Made by a program: the position numbers and the translations under genes
Notes under the pieces: generated by a model
The model's input: the letters and a program-made list of their open reading frames with translations, nothing else
Told to the model about the DNA's origin: nothing
Databases searched by the model: none
In this document: positions 9,625 through 19,197 of the stretch, in pieces
How positions within the stretch are numbered: the stretch's first letter is position 1
Layout: every line of letters starts with the position of its first letter
Assembly (NCBI GenBank): GCA_965262725.1
Contig: OZ253555.1
Coordinates: forward strand, 1,248,001-1,312,000
DNA: 64,000 nucleotides
Direction: 5' to 3'
Origin: Dehalococcoidia bacterium
Lineage (GTDB): Bacteria > Chloroflexota > Dehalococcoidia > UBA2979

Positions 9625-11166
9625 TCAGCGGATCGCCGGCAGCACGTACCGAGCCGCCGACCACATCAGGCTCGAGAGCGGGAGGTACGCCGGACTGAGG
9701 AACCAGGGGTGCAGCCCCTCCCGCACGGCGACCACGTAGCTGTGCCCCGCGAGCGGGACCACGGCGGCGCCGTCGAGGAGGTCGATCTGCAGCTGCTGAT
9801 ACATGGCGGGCTGATACTGCGCGGGGGCCTGGCGGATCGCGCGCATCATGGAGGTCAGGCGCAGCGACTCGAAGAGCCGCCCCGGCATGCCGCGCGGCGC
9901 GGCGAAGTCGATGCCGAGATCGTAGTGAGGGTCGGCGATGCCGTGGCTGCAGTCGCCGCGCAGGTACATCTCGGGGACCTCGCCCGCGCCCAGGTCGTCG
10001 ATCGCCACCACGCGGACCACGAGCCCGGCGCCCTCGAGCGCCTCGGCGACGAGCGCGCCGATGCGCGCCCCCTCGGCCGATCCGGGGACGGCGAAGGTGA
10101 CGGCGGCGCCGGCTGCGCCCGCGTCGGAGACAAGCCGACGTGCGTGCGCGACGTCTGTGTCGTAGGCCCAGCCGGACTCGTTGTAGCCCGGCGTGTTCCG
10201 CTGGTAGATCCCGCGCTGCGCCTCGGCGAATCCGAGGTAACCCTCCTCCACGATGCGCTCGTAGGGAACGGAGCGGAGGACCGCCTCGCGAATCGCGCGG
10301 TTCCGGAAGGGCGCGCGAGAGTGGTCCAGCTCGATGGTGGCGTGGTTTGTGCGGCCGAGCAGCAACCGCGTGCCGACGAGGCGCTCGACGCGCCGCGCCT
10401 CGTCAGGATAGAGGCCGGCCAGGACGTTCACCTCGCCCGCCTCGAAGAGCTCGAGGCCTCGCTCCCGCGTCGGCGCGGCGACGTAGGCGACCCCGTCGAC
10501 GGGGGGATCGCCGCCCCAGAACTCGGCCCTCGGGGCGAGCTCGAGCCGCTCCGCGTCGCGACGCGTCATCGTGAAGGCGCCAAAGCCGCAGGGGATGTCG
10601 GCGAGGTAGTCCGTCGACCAGGGGTCGGCGGCGGTCGCGTGCCGTCGGGCCTCGGTGGAGTCGATGATCGCGGCCGTGGCGTAGCTGAGGAAGCGCGGGA
10701 AGTCGGGGCAGTGTCCGTCGATCCGGAACTCGACGCGGTGTCGATCGAGGGGGCGCACGCCCCCCTCGCGGGCGACGCCGGCGATGGTGGAGGCGCGCCA
10801 CATCCCGATCGCCCGGAGCGCGAACACGCGCTCGTAGCTCCACGCGACGTCCTCCGCCGCCAGCTCGTTTCCGGCGTGGCTTCGCACCCCCTCCCTGAGG
10901 GTGACGACCCAGCGGCTGGCGTCGTCGTGGGGCTCGAAGGAGCGGGCGAGGCGACCGACCATCCGGGAGTAGTCGGCGTAGGAGCGGCCGTCGGGCAGCG
11001 TATCGATGGTCGGCGCTGCGAGCGCATCGAAGACGTGGTACGCGAGGTGGTAGGGGCGCGCGGGCCCGCGCCCGACGTTGCCGCTCGGCGGATCGCAGTC
11101 GAGCGCCGCCTCAGTGGACTCCATCGCCATGACGAGCGTGCGCCCGCCCGGGGCCGCCTGCGCCAA
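9625..11166 (-). CDS. Family-5 solute-binding-domain protein with no signal peptide; paralog of 6255-7802
   Basis: GRLARSFE, VRSHAGNELAAEDV, DSTEARRHATAADPW, PFRNRAIREAV. TTG start preceded by GGAGGGAGG. Confidence 0.8.
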   Translation of the reverse strand: MAQAAPGGRTLVMAMESTEAALDCDPPSGNVGRGPARPYHLAYHVFDALAAPTIDTLPDGRSYADYSRMVGRLARSFEPHDDASRWVVTLREGVRSHAGNELAAEDVAWSYERVFALRAIGMWRASTIAGVAREGGVRPLDRHRVEFRIDGHCPDFPRFLSYATAAIIDSTEARRHATAADPWSTDYLADIPCGFGAFTMTRRDAERLELAPRAEFWGGDPPVDGVAYVAAPTRERGLELFEAGEVNVLAGLYPDEARRVERLVGTRLLLGRTNHATIELDHSRAPFRNRAIREAVLRSVPYERIVEEGYLGFAEAQRGIYQRNTPGYNESGWAYDTDVAHARRLVSDAGAAGAAVTFAVPGSAEGARIGALVAEALEGAGLVVRVVAIDDLGAGEVPEMYLRGDCSHGIADPHYDLGIDFAAPRGMPGRLFESLRLTSMMRAIRQAPAQYQPAMYQQLQIDLLDGAAVVPLAGHSYVVAVREGLHPWFLSPAYLPLSSLMWSAARYVLPAIR

Positions 11167-11219
11167 CGCTCCTCCCTCCCAGTCGACGATCGAGTGGGCC
11201 GCCGGGCGTGACTGGCCGG

Positions 11220-11615
11220 TTACGCCTCTTCAAAGTCGAGCGAGAGCGAGTTGATGCAGTAGCGCTCGCCCGTGGGCTGCGGACCATCCGGGAAAACGTG
11301 GCCGAGGTGAGAACCGCAGCGACCGCACGAGACCTCGGTGCGGATCATCCCGTAGCCGACGTCCGTCTCCATCTCCACGGACTGCTCGGCGACCGGCTCC
11401 CAGAAGCTGGGCCAGCCGGTGCCGGAATCGTACTTGGTGGAGGAGCGGAAGAGCTCGCCGCCGCAGGCGGCGCAGCAGTAGGTGCCGTCCCCCTTCTCGT
11501 CGACGTGGCGGCCGCTGAAGGGCGGCTCGGTGCCGCGCTCGCGGAGCACGTGAAACTCCTCCGGCGTGAGCCTCTGTCGCCACTCCTGATCGTCGCGCGC
11601 GATGCTCTTCGTCAT
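11220..11615 (-). CDS. msrB: Peptide methionine-R-sulfoxide reductase
   Basis: GTEPPFSG, CAAC, KYDSGTGWPSF, CGSHLGHVFPDGP, RYCINS. Confidence 0.97.
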   Translation of the reverse strand: MTKSIARDDQEWRQRLTPEEFHVLRERGTEPPFSGRHVDEKGDGTYCCAACGGELFRSSTKYDSGTGWPSFWEPVAEQSVEMETDVGYGMIRTEVSCGRCGSHLGHVFPDGPQPTGERYCINSLSLDFEEA

Positions 11616-11738
11616 ACCCGCCCCCTGCCGCGCGTTCCACGATGTCGGGGGACAGCGTACCAGCAGAGACGGGGTGACCGACGGGCGCGCAGGGAGCCCC
11701 GCCCCCCGTCCCCCCGCCCTGGGCGTACACTCGCCACC

Positions 11739-12815
11739 GTGAGCAGCCTGCGCGTCGGCGTGATCGGGGCGGGCTTCGGTGCCGCCGTCCACGCTCCCGC
11801 CTTCCTGTCGGAGGGCTGGGAGGTCGTGGCGCTGTGGGGACGCTCGCCCGGGCGGACGCGGGAGGCCGCGCAGCGGCTCGGCGTCGCGGCGTGGGAAGAG
11901 AGCTGGCGCGATCTGGTCGAGCGCGAGGACATCGACGCGGTCGCCGTCGCCACGCCTCCGGCGCCCCACCGGGAGATGGTGCTCGCCGCGATCGCGGCCG
12001 GCAAGCACGTGCTCTGCGAGAAGCCCTTCGCGCTCGACGCCGCCGAGGCGGCGGAGATGGTGTCGGCGGCGCGCGGTGCTGGCGTCACCGCGATGATCGC
12101 CCACGAGTTCCGGCATGCTCCCCAGCGCTCGCACATCCGCCGCCTGCTCGATGAGGGCTACATCGGCGAGCCGCGCTTCGCGTCGATCGAGCTGTTGATC
12201 GGGAGGCCGCCGGCTGCCGAGCCGCCGCCTTTCACGTGGGGGGCGCGCGCGGCCGACGGCGGCGGCCTCCTCGGGGCGCTCGGCTCGCACTACATCGACG
12301 GGCTCCGCCACTGGTTCGGCGACGCGCGGGAGGCGAGCGGCCGGCTCTCGGTGTCGCGGCCGGAGCGCCGCGACACCGCCAGCGGCGCCGCCGCGACCGC
12401 CGACGCCGACGACACGTTCACCTTCCAGCTGGGCTTCGAATCGGGCGTCTTCGCCACGATGACCGCCAGCTCGGCGGCGTCCCCCGCCGCGGGGGCGCGG
12501 GTCCACGTCGTCGGTTCGGAGGGAGTTCTCGCGGCCGAGCAACGGGGACCGAATCCCGAGCCCAACGGCGTCGTCTCGGGCGGCCGCGCCGGCGACGGCC
12601 GCCTCCGCGAACTGGCGATGCCCCCGGAGCTCGTTCCCTTCGACGACGACCGCGACCACCGGCTGATGGCGTTCCGCTTGCTCGTCCGCGACTTCGGGCG
12701 AGGCATCCGAGAGCGTCGCTCCCCCGCCCCCTCCTTCGAGGACGGGGCCGCGACCCAGCGGGTGCTCGACGCCGTGCGCGAATCGGCGGCCGCGGGTCGC
12801 GTCGTCGCGCTCTAG
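11739..12815 (+). CDS. Gfo/Idh/MocA family oxidoreductase
   Basis: VGVIGAGFG, AGKHVLCEKPF, GGGLLGALGSHYID. Confidence 0.92.
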   Translation: MSSLRVGVIGAGFGAAVHAPAFLSEGWEVVALWGRSPGRTREAAQRLGVAAWEESWRDLVEREDIDAVAVATPPAPHREMVLAAIAAGKHVLCEKPFALDAAEAAEMVSAARGAGVTAMIAHEFRHAPQRSHIRRLLDEGYIGEPRFASIELLIGRPPAAEPPPFTWGARAADGGGLLGALGSHYIDGLRHWFGDAREASGRLSVSRPERRDTASGAAATADADDTFTFQLGFESGVFATMTASSAASPAAGARVHVVGSEGVLAAEQRGPNPEPNGVVSGGRAGDGRLRELAMPPELVPFDDDRDHRLMAFRLLVRDFGRGIRERRSPAPSFEDGAATQRVLDAVRESAAAGRVVAL

Positions 12816-12929
12816 TTCGCGCGACCTCGCGTGCCAGCCCGGATTCACCGGGAGCGTAGACGGTTCATCCCCCGCCTGGCACGGTCGACCGCGCGGCGAC
12901 AGTCGCGCGGCCTCGGTGGAGGGAGCCCG

Positions 12930-13328
12930 ATGGTGCTGAGCTACGAGCAGGCGGAGCGGGCGCTGCGAGCAGGGATCGCGCGGGCGCGTGAGCTCGATGC
13001 GCGAGTCGGGATCGCCATCGTCGACGAGCGCGGCTACACCGTGTCGGCGGGGCGGATGGACGGGACGCGGGCTTTCGCGGCGGACATCGCGGCGGGGAAG
13101 GCGCGCGCCGCCGCGCTCTTCGGCCTCCCGAGCGGCTCGATCGACGTCTCGGAGCAGGTCGCGCTGGCGGCGGCGGAGCTGCACGGGGGCCGGTTCGTGC
13201 GCTCGCGGGGCGGCGTCCCGATTCGCATCCGCGGGGAGCTCGCGGGAGGGATCGGTGCCGGCGGAAGCTCCGCGGCGAACGACGAGATCATCGCGCAGGC
13301 CGGCGCCGACGCCGCGACCGAGGACTAG
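12930..13328 (+). CDS. GlcG/HbpS-family heme-binding protein
   Basis: IAIVDERG, RMDG, IAAGKARAA, GGVPI, GGIGAGGSSAANDEIIAQAG. Confidence 0.88.
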   Translation: MVLSYEQAERALRAGIARARELDARVGIAIVDERGYTVSAGRMDGTRAFAADIAAGKARAAALFGLPSGSIDVSEQVALAAAELHGGRFVRSRGGVPIRIRGELAGGIGAGGSSAANDEIIAQAGADAATED

Positions 13329-13372
13329 GCTCGGCTGTCGCGCCTCCCTGGTCGGGGGACCGTGGGCGGCCG

Positions 13373-13630
13373 CTACCCTCCCGTCCCCGACCCGATCACC
13401 GAGAGAAGGGCGTAGAGCACGAGAATCGCGATCATGGGCGTGATGTCGACCATGCCGATGCGGGGGATGAGGCGCCGTAGCGGCCCGAGCACCGGCTCCG
13501 TCACGGCGTCGAGGCCGCGCAGCAGCGGCCCGCTGCGGTCGATCGGGAACCAGGTGATGATCGCGCGGATGAAGATCGCGAAAATCAGCCCCTGGATCAT
13601 CACCTCGATGAGTGCGACGAGCACTGCCAC
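13373..13630 (-). CDS. yggT: YggT family membrane protein
   Basis: RAIITWF, VTEPVLGPLRRLIPRIGMVDITPMIAIL. Confidence 0.92.
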   Translation of the reverse strand: MAVLVALIEVMIQGLIFAIFIRAIITWFPIDRSGPLLRGLDAVTEPVLGPLRRLIPRIGMVDITPMIAILVLYALLSVIGSGTGG

Positions 13631-13632
13631 TG

Positions 13633-14433
13633 TTACTCTCCGAGTTCCTGCGCACGTGAGTAGGCCGCCTCGATGGCGTCGTCGAAGGCTGCCCGCACGC
13701 CTGCGGCCTCGAGCTCCGCGATAGCGGCGGCGGTCGTGCCCCCGGGCGAGGTCACAGCGTAGCGTAGCTCAGCGGGCGCCGTCTCGCTCACCATCGCGTA
13801 ACGCGCGGCGCCGGCGACCGTGGCCAGCACCAGGCGCTGCGCATCCGAGCGCTTCATCCCGAGGCGGACGCCCGACTCGATCATCGACTCGACCACCATG
13901 TAGACGTAGGCGGGTCCGGATCCGTGCACGGCCGTCGCGAGGTCGATCGCATCATCGTCCCCGACCTCCACCACGACGTCCGAGACGGCGGAGAGGACGT
14001 GCTGGACCGTCTCCTGCTGGGTTGAGGAGAGGTCCGCCGCAGCGTAGTAGACGGTGGCTCCCTCGCCGATGGCGGCGGGGAGGTTCGGCATCACGCGCAC
14101 GCTGACCCGGTGCCGCGCGTGCCGCTGCACGTCGGCGAGCCGGATGCCGGCCGCGATCGAGAGCAGGACCGCCGAGGTCGGGATCGCGCCCGCCAGCGCC
14201 TGCACTGCAGCCTCGAAGTCCTGCGGCTTGATCGCGACCAGCACGACGTCGGCGCCGATGCAGGCGCTCTCCGCGTCATCGGTGATGCGGACGCCATGCT
14301 CGCTCAGAGCGGTGCGCCGCGCCGCCGAGATCTCGGCGACCGCGATCTCGGAGGGGCTCGCGACCTCGGCGCGCAGCAAGCCGCGCAGGAACGCCTCGCC
14401 CATGAACCCGCCGCCGATGATCCCGACCCGCAC
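13633..14433 (-). CDS. proC: Pyrroline-5-carboxylate reductase
   Basis: GIIGGGFMGEA, AIKPQ, RVMPNLP, GSGPAY, VTSPGGTT. The GTG start overlaps the yggS stop. Confidence 0.95.
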   Translation of the reverse strand: MRVGIIGGGFMGEAFLRGLLRAEVASPSEIAVAEISAARRTALSEHGVRITDDAESACIGADVVLVAIKPQDFEAAVQALAGAIPTSAVLLSIAAGIRLADVQRHARHRVSVRVMPNLPAAIGEGATVYYAAADLSSTQQETVQHVLSAVSDVVVEVGDDDAIDLATAVHGSGPAYVYMVVESMIESGVRLGMKRSDAQRLVLATVAGAARYAMVSETAPAELRYAVTSPGGTTAAAIAELEAAGVRAAFDDAIEAAYSRAQELGE

Positions 14434-15185
14434 TAGCCTGCTCCAGTCACCCGCTCGCCGAACAGAACGCGCCCGATTCGCACGATCGTCGCCCCCTCCT
14501 CGACGGCGACGCGGTAGTCGCTCGTCATCCCCATCGAGAGTCCGGCGAGCCCGTGCTCCCGGGCTAGGCGCGCGAGCGCGCGAAAATGCGACCTCGCGGA
14601 CTCCGGCTCCCCCTCGGGGGCGACCGTCATTAGTCCGCGCACGGCAACGGCCTCGCTTGAGCGTGCCGCATCGAGCAGGGCCGGCAGCCCGTCGGGCAAT
14701 ACGCCGTGCTTGGCGGGATCGCCCGCCACGTTCACCTGAAGGTAGCAGGGGAGAGGGGATGCGGCACCCCCGCCCGTGTCCCGGAGTCGGGCTTGCTCGC
14801 GCTCGATCGCGGCAAGGAGTCGCTCCGAGTCCAGCGAGTGAAGGCAGGTGATGAGCGGCAGCACGTCGCGCACCTTGTTGCGCTGTACGTGCCCGATGAA
14901 GTGCCACCGCGGTGCCCGCCCGGCGCTCGGGGGCTCCGCGTTCGGCTTCCCCTCGTCGGCGAGAGTTCGCACCTTCGGTCCGAGTTCCTGAGCCCTGCTC
15001 TCCCCAAGGTCGGCGAGACCGGCCGCGAGCGCGTCGCGGGCCCGCGCGACGGGGTGCCCCTTGGTCACGGCGACGATCGTCACCTCGTCAGCCCCGCGCC
15101 CGGCGCGCGCGCACGCCTCGGCGATCTCAGCGCGGAGGGAGGTGAGCGCCGGGACCAGATCGACGGAAGGCGAGGTGGCCGTCAT
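14433..15185 (-). CDS. yggS: PLP homeostasis protein (YggS/PROSC family)
   Basis: VAVTKGHP, LGESRAQEL, WHFIGHVQRNKV, LSMGMTSDY, GATIVRIGRVLFG. Confidence 0.95.
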   Translation of the reverse strand: MTATSPSVDLVPALTSLRAEIAEACARAGRGADEVTIVAVTKGHPVARARDALAAGLADLGESRAQELGPKVRTLADEGKPNAEPPSAGRAPRWHFIGHVQRNKVRDVLPLITCLHSLDSERLLAAIEREQARLRDTGGGAASPLPCYLQVNVAGDPAKHGVLPDGLPALLDAARSSEAVAVRGLMTVAPEGEPESARSHFRALARLAREHGLAGLSMGMTSDYRVAVEEGATIVRIGRVLFGERVTGAG

Positions 15186-15245
15186 CGGGGGCTCGCCAGC
15201 TGGCGGCCGCATGCCGGGCGTGCTGGACGTTGGGGCGCCACTCCG

Positions 15246-15494
15246 TCAGCGCGCCGGAGGACCGCGGCGTCGGCCACGGAGCGAGATCGCGATCACGACC
15301 GCGACTCCGAGCGCCAGGTAGGTGAGGCCGGCGAGCGCGTGCAGATCGAACAGGACGAAGGCGAGCGCGAGGAGCACGACGACGGCCGCGGCGAACAGGG
15401 CAAAGCCGAACAGGATGCCGTAACTGTCCAGCGCTATCGCGAACGCCTGGCGCCAGCTGTTCGGCGGCGGGTCGTCGGGGTCTGTCCATCGCAT
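15246..15494 (-). CDS. Small hypothetical membrane protein (about two TM segments)
   Basis: MRWTDPDDPPPNSWRQAFAIALDSYGILFGF... has a hydrophobic core and a basic C-terminus. TACACT -10 lies 6 nt before the ATG. Confidence 0.65.
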   Translation of the reverse strand: MRWTDPDDPPPNSWRQAFAIALDSYGILFGFALFAAAVVVLLALAFVLFDLHALAGLTYLALGVAVVIAISLRGRRRGPPAR

Positions 15495-15598
15495 GGAACG
15501 AGTGTACGCGTCACGCCGTGCGCTCGCCGCCACCGGGGCCGGCGTGACCGGGCGCGATCCGCGTCGGCGGATCTCTTCGCTGCCCGTGTCCCCCTCGC

Positions 15599-16183
15599 CT
15601 AGGTTGCCGCGGCGGGTCCGGCCATGCGCTCACGGGCCTCGGCGATGGAGAGGGGCACCTCCGGGAGCTCGGCGGTGCCCTCGACGATGCGATCGGCCTC
15701 ATCTCCGAAGAGCCGCGGTTGATCGGCCGGCCGCCGCGGTGAGAGCGCGAGGCGGTGCAGCTCATCCAGCATGTCGTCGACAGAGAGGAAGTCTCGGTAG
15801 TCGGAGGCGAAGCGGATGTAAGCGATGGGATCGAGGCGGCGGAGGTGCATAATCGCCATCTCCCCGATCACGCGACTCTCCAGCTCCGGTCGACCGCTGG
15901 CCACGAGCCGTGCCTCGATCGCCTCGACGACGGCATCGAGTGCGCCGGCCGGCAGCGGGCGCTTCCCGGCGGCCCGGCGCAGCCCCTCGAAGAGCTTGCC
16001 CCGCTGAAAGGGCTCGCGGCGCCCGTCCCGCTTCACGACGAGCATCGGCTCCCCTCGCAGGCGCTCGTCCGTGACGAAGCGCTCCCGGCAGGCGGGGCAT
16101 TCGCGCCGCCGCCGCACGCTCTCGCCGGAGGCGCGGGCGTCTAGGACGCGTGTGGAGTCAGAGCCACAGGAGGGGCATCGCAT
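15599..16183 (-). CDS. nrdR: Transcriptional repressor NrdR
   Basis: MRCPSCG, RRRRECPAC, VVKRDGRREPF (ATP-cone), DPIAYIRFASDY. Confidence 0.96.
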   Translation of the reverse strand: MRCPSCGSDSTRVLDARASGESVRRRRECPACRERFVTDERLRGEPMLVVKRDGRREPFQRGKLFEGLRRAAGKRPLPAGALDAVVEAIEARLVASGRPELESRVIGEMAIMHLRRLDPIAYIRFASDYRDFLSVDDMLDELHRLALSPRRPADQPRLFGDEADRIVEGTAELPEVPLSIAEARERMAGPAAAT

Positions 16184-16401
16184 CGGGCGTTCTCGTTCCG
16201 GTCAGGGGAGGACGGCGGGCGTCTCGGGCACGCCGTGGAGTACAGCACGCGGAGCCGTCGGAGGCATGGGGCACGTCCACACAGTTCCCCCCCACCTGTC
16301 CACGCCGTGGCGGCGGGCATCGCTCGACCCGTCGCCCACCGCCCCCGCGCCCGGGAGGGCGCCGGGGGCGGGCGACTCGGAGCCTCCCCGCGCGCCGCTC
16401 C

Positions 16402-17895
16402 CTAGCGTGCGGGGAACGTCCGGCGCAGGAAGGTCGGCAGGTCGGCCTCCGTCAGCTGGGCGAACGCGGGGTCCGGCTGGAGGTCGGCGAGCTTGATCGG
16501 CGCCGGCTCGGCCGCCTCGATCGTCCCCATCGTGAGCGGGCGGGTTCCGGAGAACCCCGTCGCGATCACCGTGATCCGCACCTCGTCGTGGAGGTTCTCG
16601 TCGATCGAGGTACCGAAGATGATCTCCGCCTCGGGATCCACCACCTCCGCTATCACGCGCGCGGCCTGATCCAGTTCGCGGAGGCCGAGGTTGCCCGGCC
16701 CCGAGACGTTGAACAGGACGCCGGTCGCGCCAGTGATGTCGACCTCGAGCAAGGGACTAGCGATGGCCGCGCGCGCGGCCTCGACGGCCCGCGTTTCGCC
16801 GCGACCGGTCCCGATCGCCATCAGCGCCGGGCCCGCCTCCGCCATGACCTTGCGGACGTCCGCGAAGTCGAGGTTCACCATCCCGGGCACCGTGATCAGT
16901 TCGCTGATGCCCTGGATCCCCTGCCGCAGCACGTCGTCGGCCGTGCGGAATGCCTCCGTCACGGAGACATCGTCGCCGCAGATGTGAAGGAGCCGGTCGT
17001 TCGGGATGACGATCAGCGTGTCGACCTTCTCCTGCAGGTCGCGGACGCCCTCCTCCGCCTGCTGACGGCGGCGGGCGCCCTCGAAGGTGAAGGGCTTCGT
17101 GACCACGCCGATAGTGAGGGCGCCGAGCTCGCGCGCCGCCTCCGCGACGACTGGCGCGGCGCCGGTCCCCGTCCCGCCGCCGAGGCAGGCCGTGACGAAG
17201 ACCATCTCCGCACCGCTGAGAGCCTCATGGAGGAGCTCGCGCGATTCCTCGGCAGCGCGCCGGCCGGTCAGCGGCTCCGATCCGGCGCCCAGGCCACGCG
17301 TCGTGCGCTCGCCGATGCGCACCGTCACCTCGGCGTCACAGCCGGCCAGCGCCTGGTGGTCCGTGTTGACCGCGACGTACTGCACGCCCGGCAGCCTCGA
17401 GGCAATCATGCGGTGCACGGCGTTCGAGCCGCCTCCGCCCACGCCCACAACCTTGATCGGCGGGAGACCGTCGTGGTAGGCCATCTTTCCTCGGTTGGTG
17501 CGTCCCATGGCGCTCACCTCCGTGTCGTGTCCGCGCTCGGACTGTGCCCTGGACTCTCTCTTTGCTTCCCTGCGGTGTCCCGCAGCGACGGACGGACTCT
17601 CCACCCGGGCGGCCGCGTCGAAGACGCGCAACTCCTCCCCGGCGATATCGAACTCGGAGTAGCTGGCCGGCGGCGGCGGCTCCCACGAGAGGTCGAGGGG
17701 CGCCGGGGCGTTCGACTCCGAGCGTCCCCAGCCCGCGTCGGTGGGATCCTCGGCGCCCTCGCGGGGGGTGCGGGACCGCGCCGCGAGATAGTCAAAGAGC
17801 GGCCCCTCGGAGCGCCGGCCGAAGAGCCCGGCCTCCCCGGAACCGTCGCCCGCCTGTTGCTGGGGGTTCGGTTCGTGGCGGTTCTTGGCACTCAT
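16402..17895 (-). CDS. ftsZ: Cell division protein FtsZ with a long N-terminal extension (alternative starts at 17508 and 17484)
   Basis: [21 protein letters not shown] tubulin motif, NLDFADV, C-terminal DLPTFLRR peptide. Confidence 0.97.
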   Translation of the reverse strand: MSAKNRHEPNPQQQAGDGSGEAGLFGRRSEGPLFDYLAARSRTPREGAEDPTDAGWGRSESNAPAPLDLSWEPPPPASYSEFDIAGEELRVFDAAARVESPSVAAGHRREAKRESRAQSERGHDTEVSAMGRTNRGKMAYHDGLPPIKVVGVGGGGSNAVHRMIASRLPGVQYVAVNTDHQALAGCDAEVTVRIGERTTRGLGAGSEPLTGRRAAEESRELLHEALSGAEMVFVTACLGGGTGTGAAPVVAEAARELGALTIGVVTKPFTFEGARRRQQAEEGVRDLQEKVDTLIVIPNDRLLHICGDDVSVTEAFRTADDVLRQGIQGISELITVPGMVNLDFADVRKVMAEAGPALMAIGTGRGETRAVEAARAAIASPLLEVDITGATGVLFNVSGPGNLGLRELDQAARVIAEVVDPEAEIIFGTSIDENLHDEVRITVIATGFSGTRPLTMGTIEAAEPAPIKLADLQPDPAFAQLTEADLPTFLRRTFPAR

Positions 17896-19133
17896 TGCGG
17901 CAGGACCACGCGCATCATGTGCGCCACCTTCCTAAGCAGGCCGCCGATGGGGACTGCCGACGCGGGGGAGGACGAGCGAAACTGGATCTCCTGCTCGCGC
18001 AGGGACCAGCGGAGAAGCCCCACGGATGTGGCGTACGCCGGGTCGTGGAGCAGATCAGAGAGGCCCGCGAGGTGGCGCGGGCGGCCGACGCGAGCCGGGA
18101 GGCCGATCACGTCCTCCGCGAGGAGCTCGATGCCGTCGAGCGAGGCCGCGCCGCCAGTGAGCACGACGCCGGCGGAGAGCAGCTCCGGCTCGGCGCCGCG
18201 CCGCACCTCGGCGCTCACCATCTCGAAGAGCTCCTCAATGCGCGCCTGCAGCACCTCGGCGAGCCGGCGCCGCGGCACGCTCTTCGTCCCGTCGGCGCCG
18301 AATGCGTCGATCTCGATCGTCTCGTCGGCCTCGACCATCGACGGGATCGCGTGGCCGTACTCGCGCTTCGCGCGCTCGGCGGACGGGTGCGGGACGCGCA
18401 GCGCGACAACTAGGTCTCGGGTCATGGCGACACCGCCGATCGGCAGCACCGCGGTGTGCGCGACCGCGCCGTTCACGTAGACCGACAGATCCGTCGTGCC
18501 GCCGCCGATGTCGCAGAGCACGACGCCGTGCCGCAGTTCCTCGGGGTCGATGGTCGCCTCGGCTGCGGCCAGCGGCTCGAGGACGAGCGAGTCGACGCGC
18601 ACACCCGAGCCCTCGACGCACTGGACCAAGTTGTGAATGGCGGCCGAGGCCGCCGTCACGACATGGGTCTCCACGTCGAGCCGGGAACCGAACATACCGA
18701 CGGGATCCACGACGTGGTCCTGCCCGTCGACGACATAATAACGCGGTATCACGTGAACCACGTCGCGATTGGTGGGGGCGTTGATGATGCGCGCGGCATC
18801 GAGCGCCCTTTGGACATCGCTCTCCGTGACGGGGTGTCGGGGATCCGCCACGGCGACGATGCCGCGCGAGTTCATCGACGAGACGTGGGGGCCGGCGATC
18901 CCGATATGGGCGGAGAAGATGCGGCTCCCGGAGGCGCGCTCGGCTCGCTCGACCGAGGAGGCGATCGCCTCGATGGCGGCGGGGATGTTGTCGACCATTC
19001 CGCGCGTGAGTCCGGCGGAGGGGCCGATGCCCACGCCCAGGATGCGAAGCGCTCCGTGGGGGGTGACCTCCGCGACGATCGTGCAGACCTTGGTGGTCCC
19101 GACGTCGATGGCGGCGAACGAGCGGACGGCCAT
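17892..19133 (-). CDS. ftsA: Cell division protein FtsA
   Basis: [26 protein letters not shown]-terminal amphipathic helix. Confidence 0.96.
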   Translation of the reverse strand: MAVRSFAAIDVGTTKVCTIVAEVTPHGALRILGVGIGPSAGLTRGMVDNIPAAIEAIASSVERAERASGSRIFSAHIGIAGPHVSSMNSRGIVAVADPRHPVTESDVQRALDAARIINAPTNRDVVHVIPRYYVVDGQDHVVDPVGMFGSRLDVETHVVTAASAAIHNLVQCVEGSGVRVDSLVLEPLAAAEATIDPEELRHGVVLCDIGGGTTDLSVYVNGAVAHTAVLPIGGVAMTRDLVVALRVPHPSAERAKREYGHAIPSMVEADETIEIDAFGADGTKSVPRRRLAEVLQARIEELFEMVSAEVRRGAEPELLSAGVVLTGGAASLDGIELLAEDVIGLPARVGRPRHLAGLSDLLHDPAYATSVGLLRWSLREQEIQFRSSSPASAVPIGGLLRKVAHMMRVVLPQ

Positions 19134-19197
19134 CAGCGCGGCCCTCCCGCCGCACGGCGGCCGCCCGTCGCGTCCCCGTGTCGCATCCACTCGCGCC

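Noticed and set aside
11220-11615. Selenoprotein (UGA read-through) candidates, given that selB is present
   Set aside because: MsrB has Cys (RYCINS), and I saw no gene in the window broken by an in-frame TGA at a catalytic Cys position.
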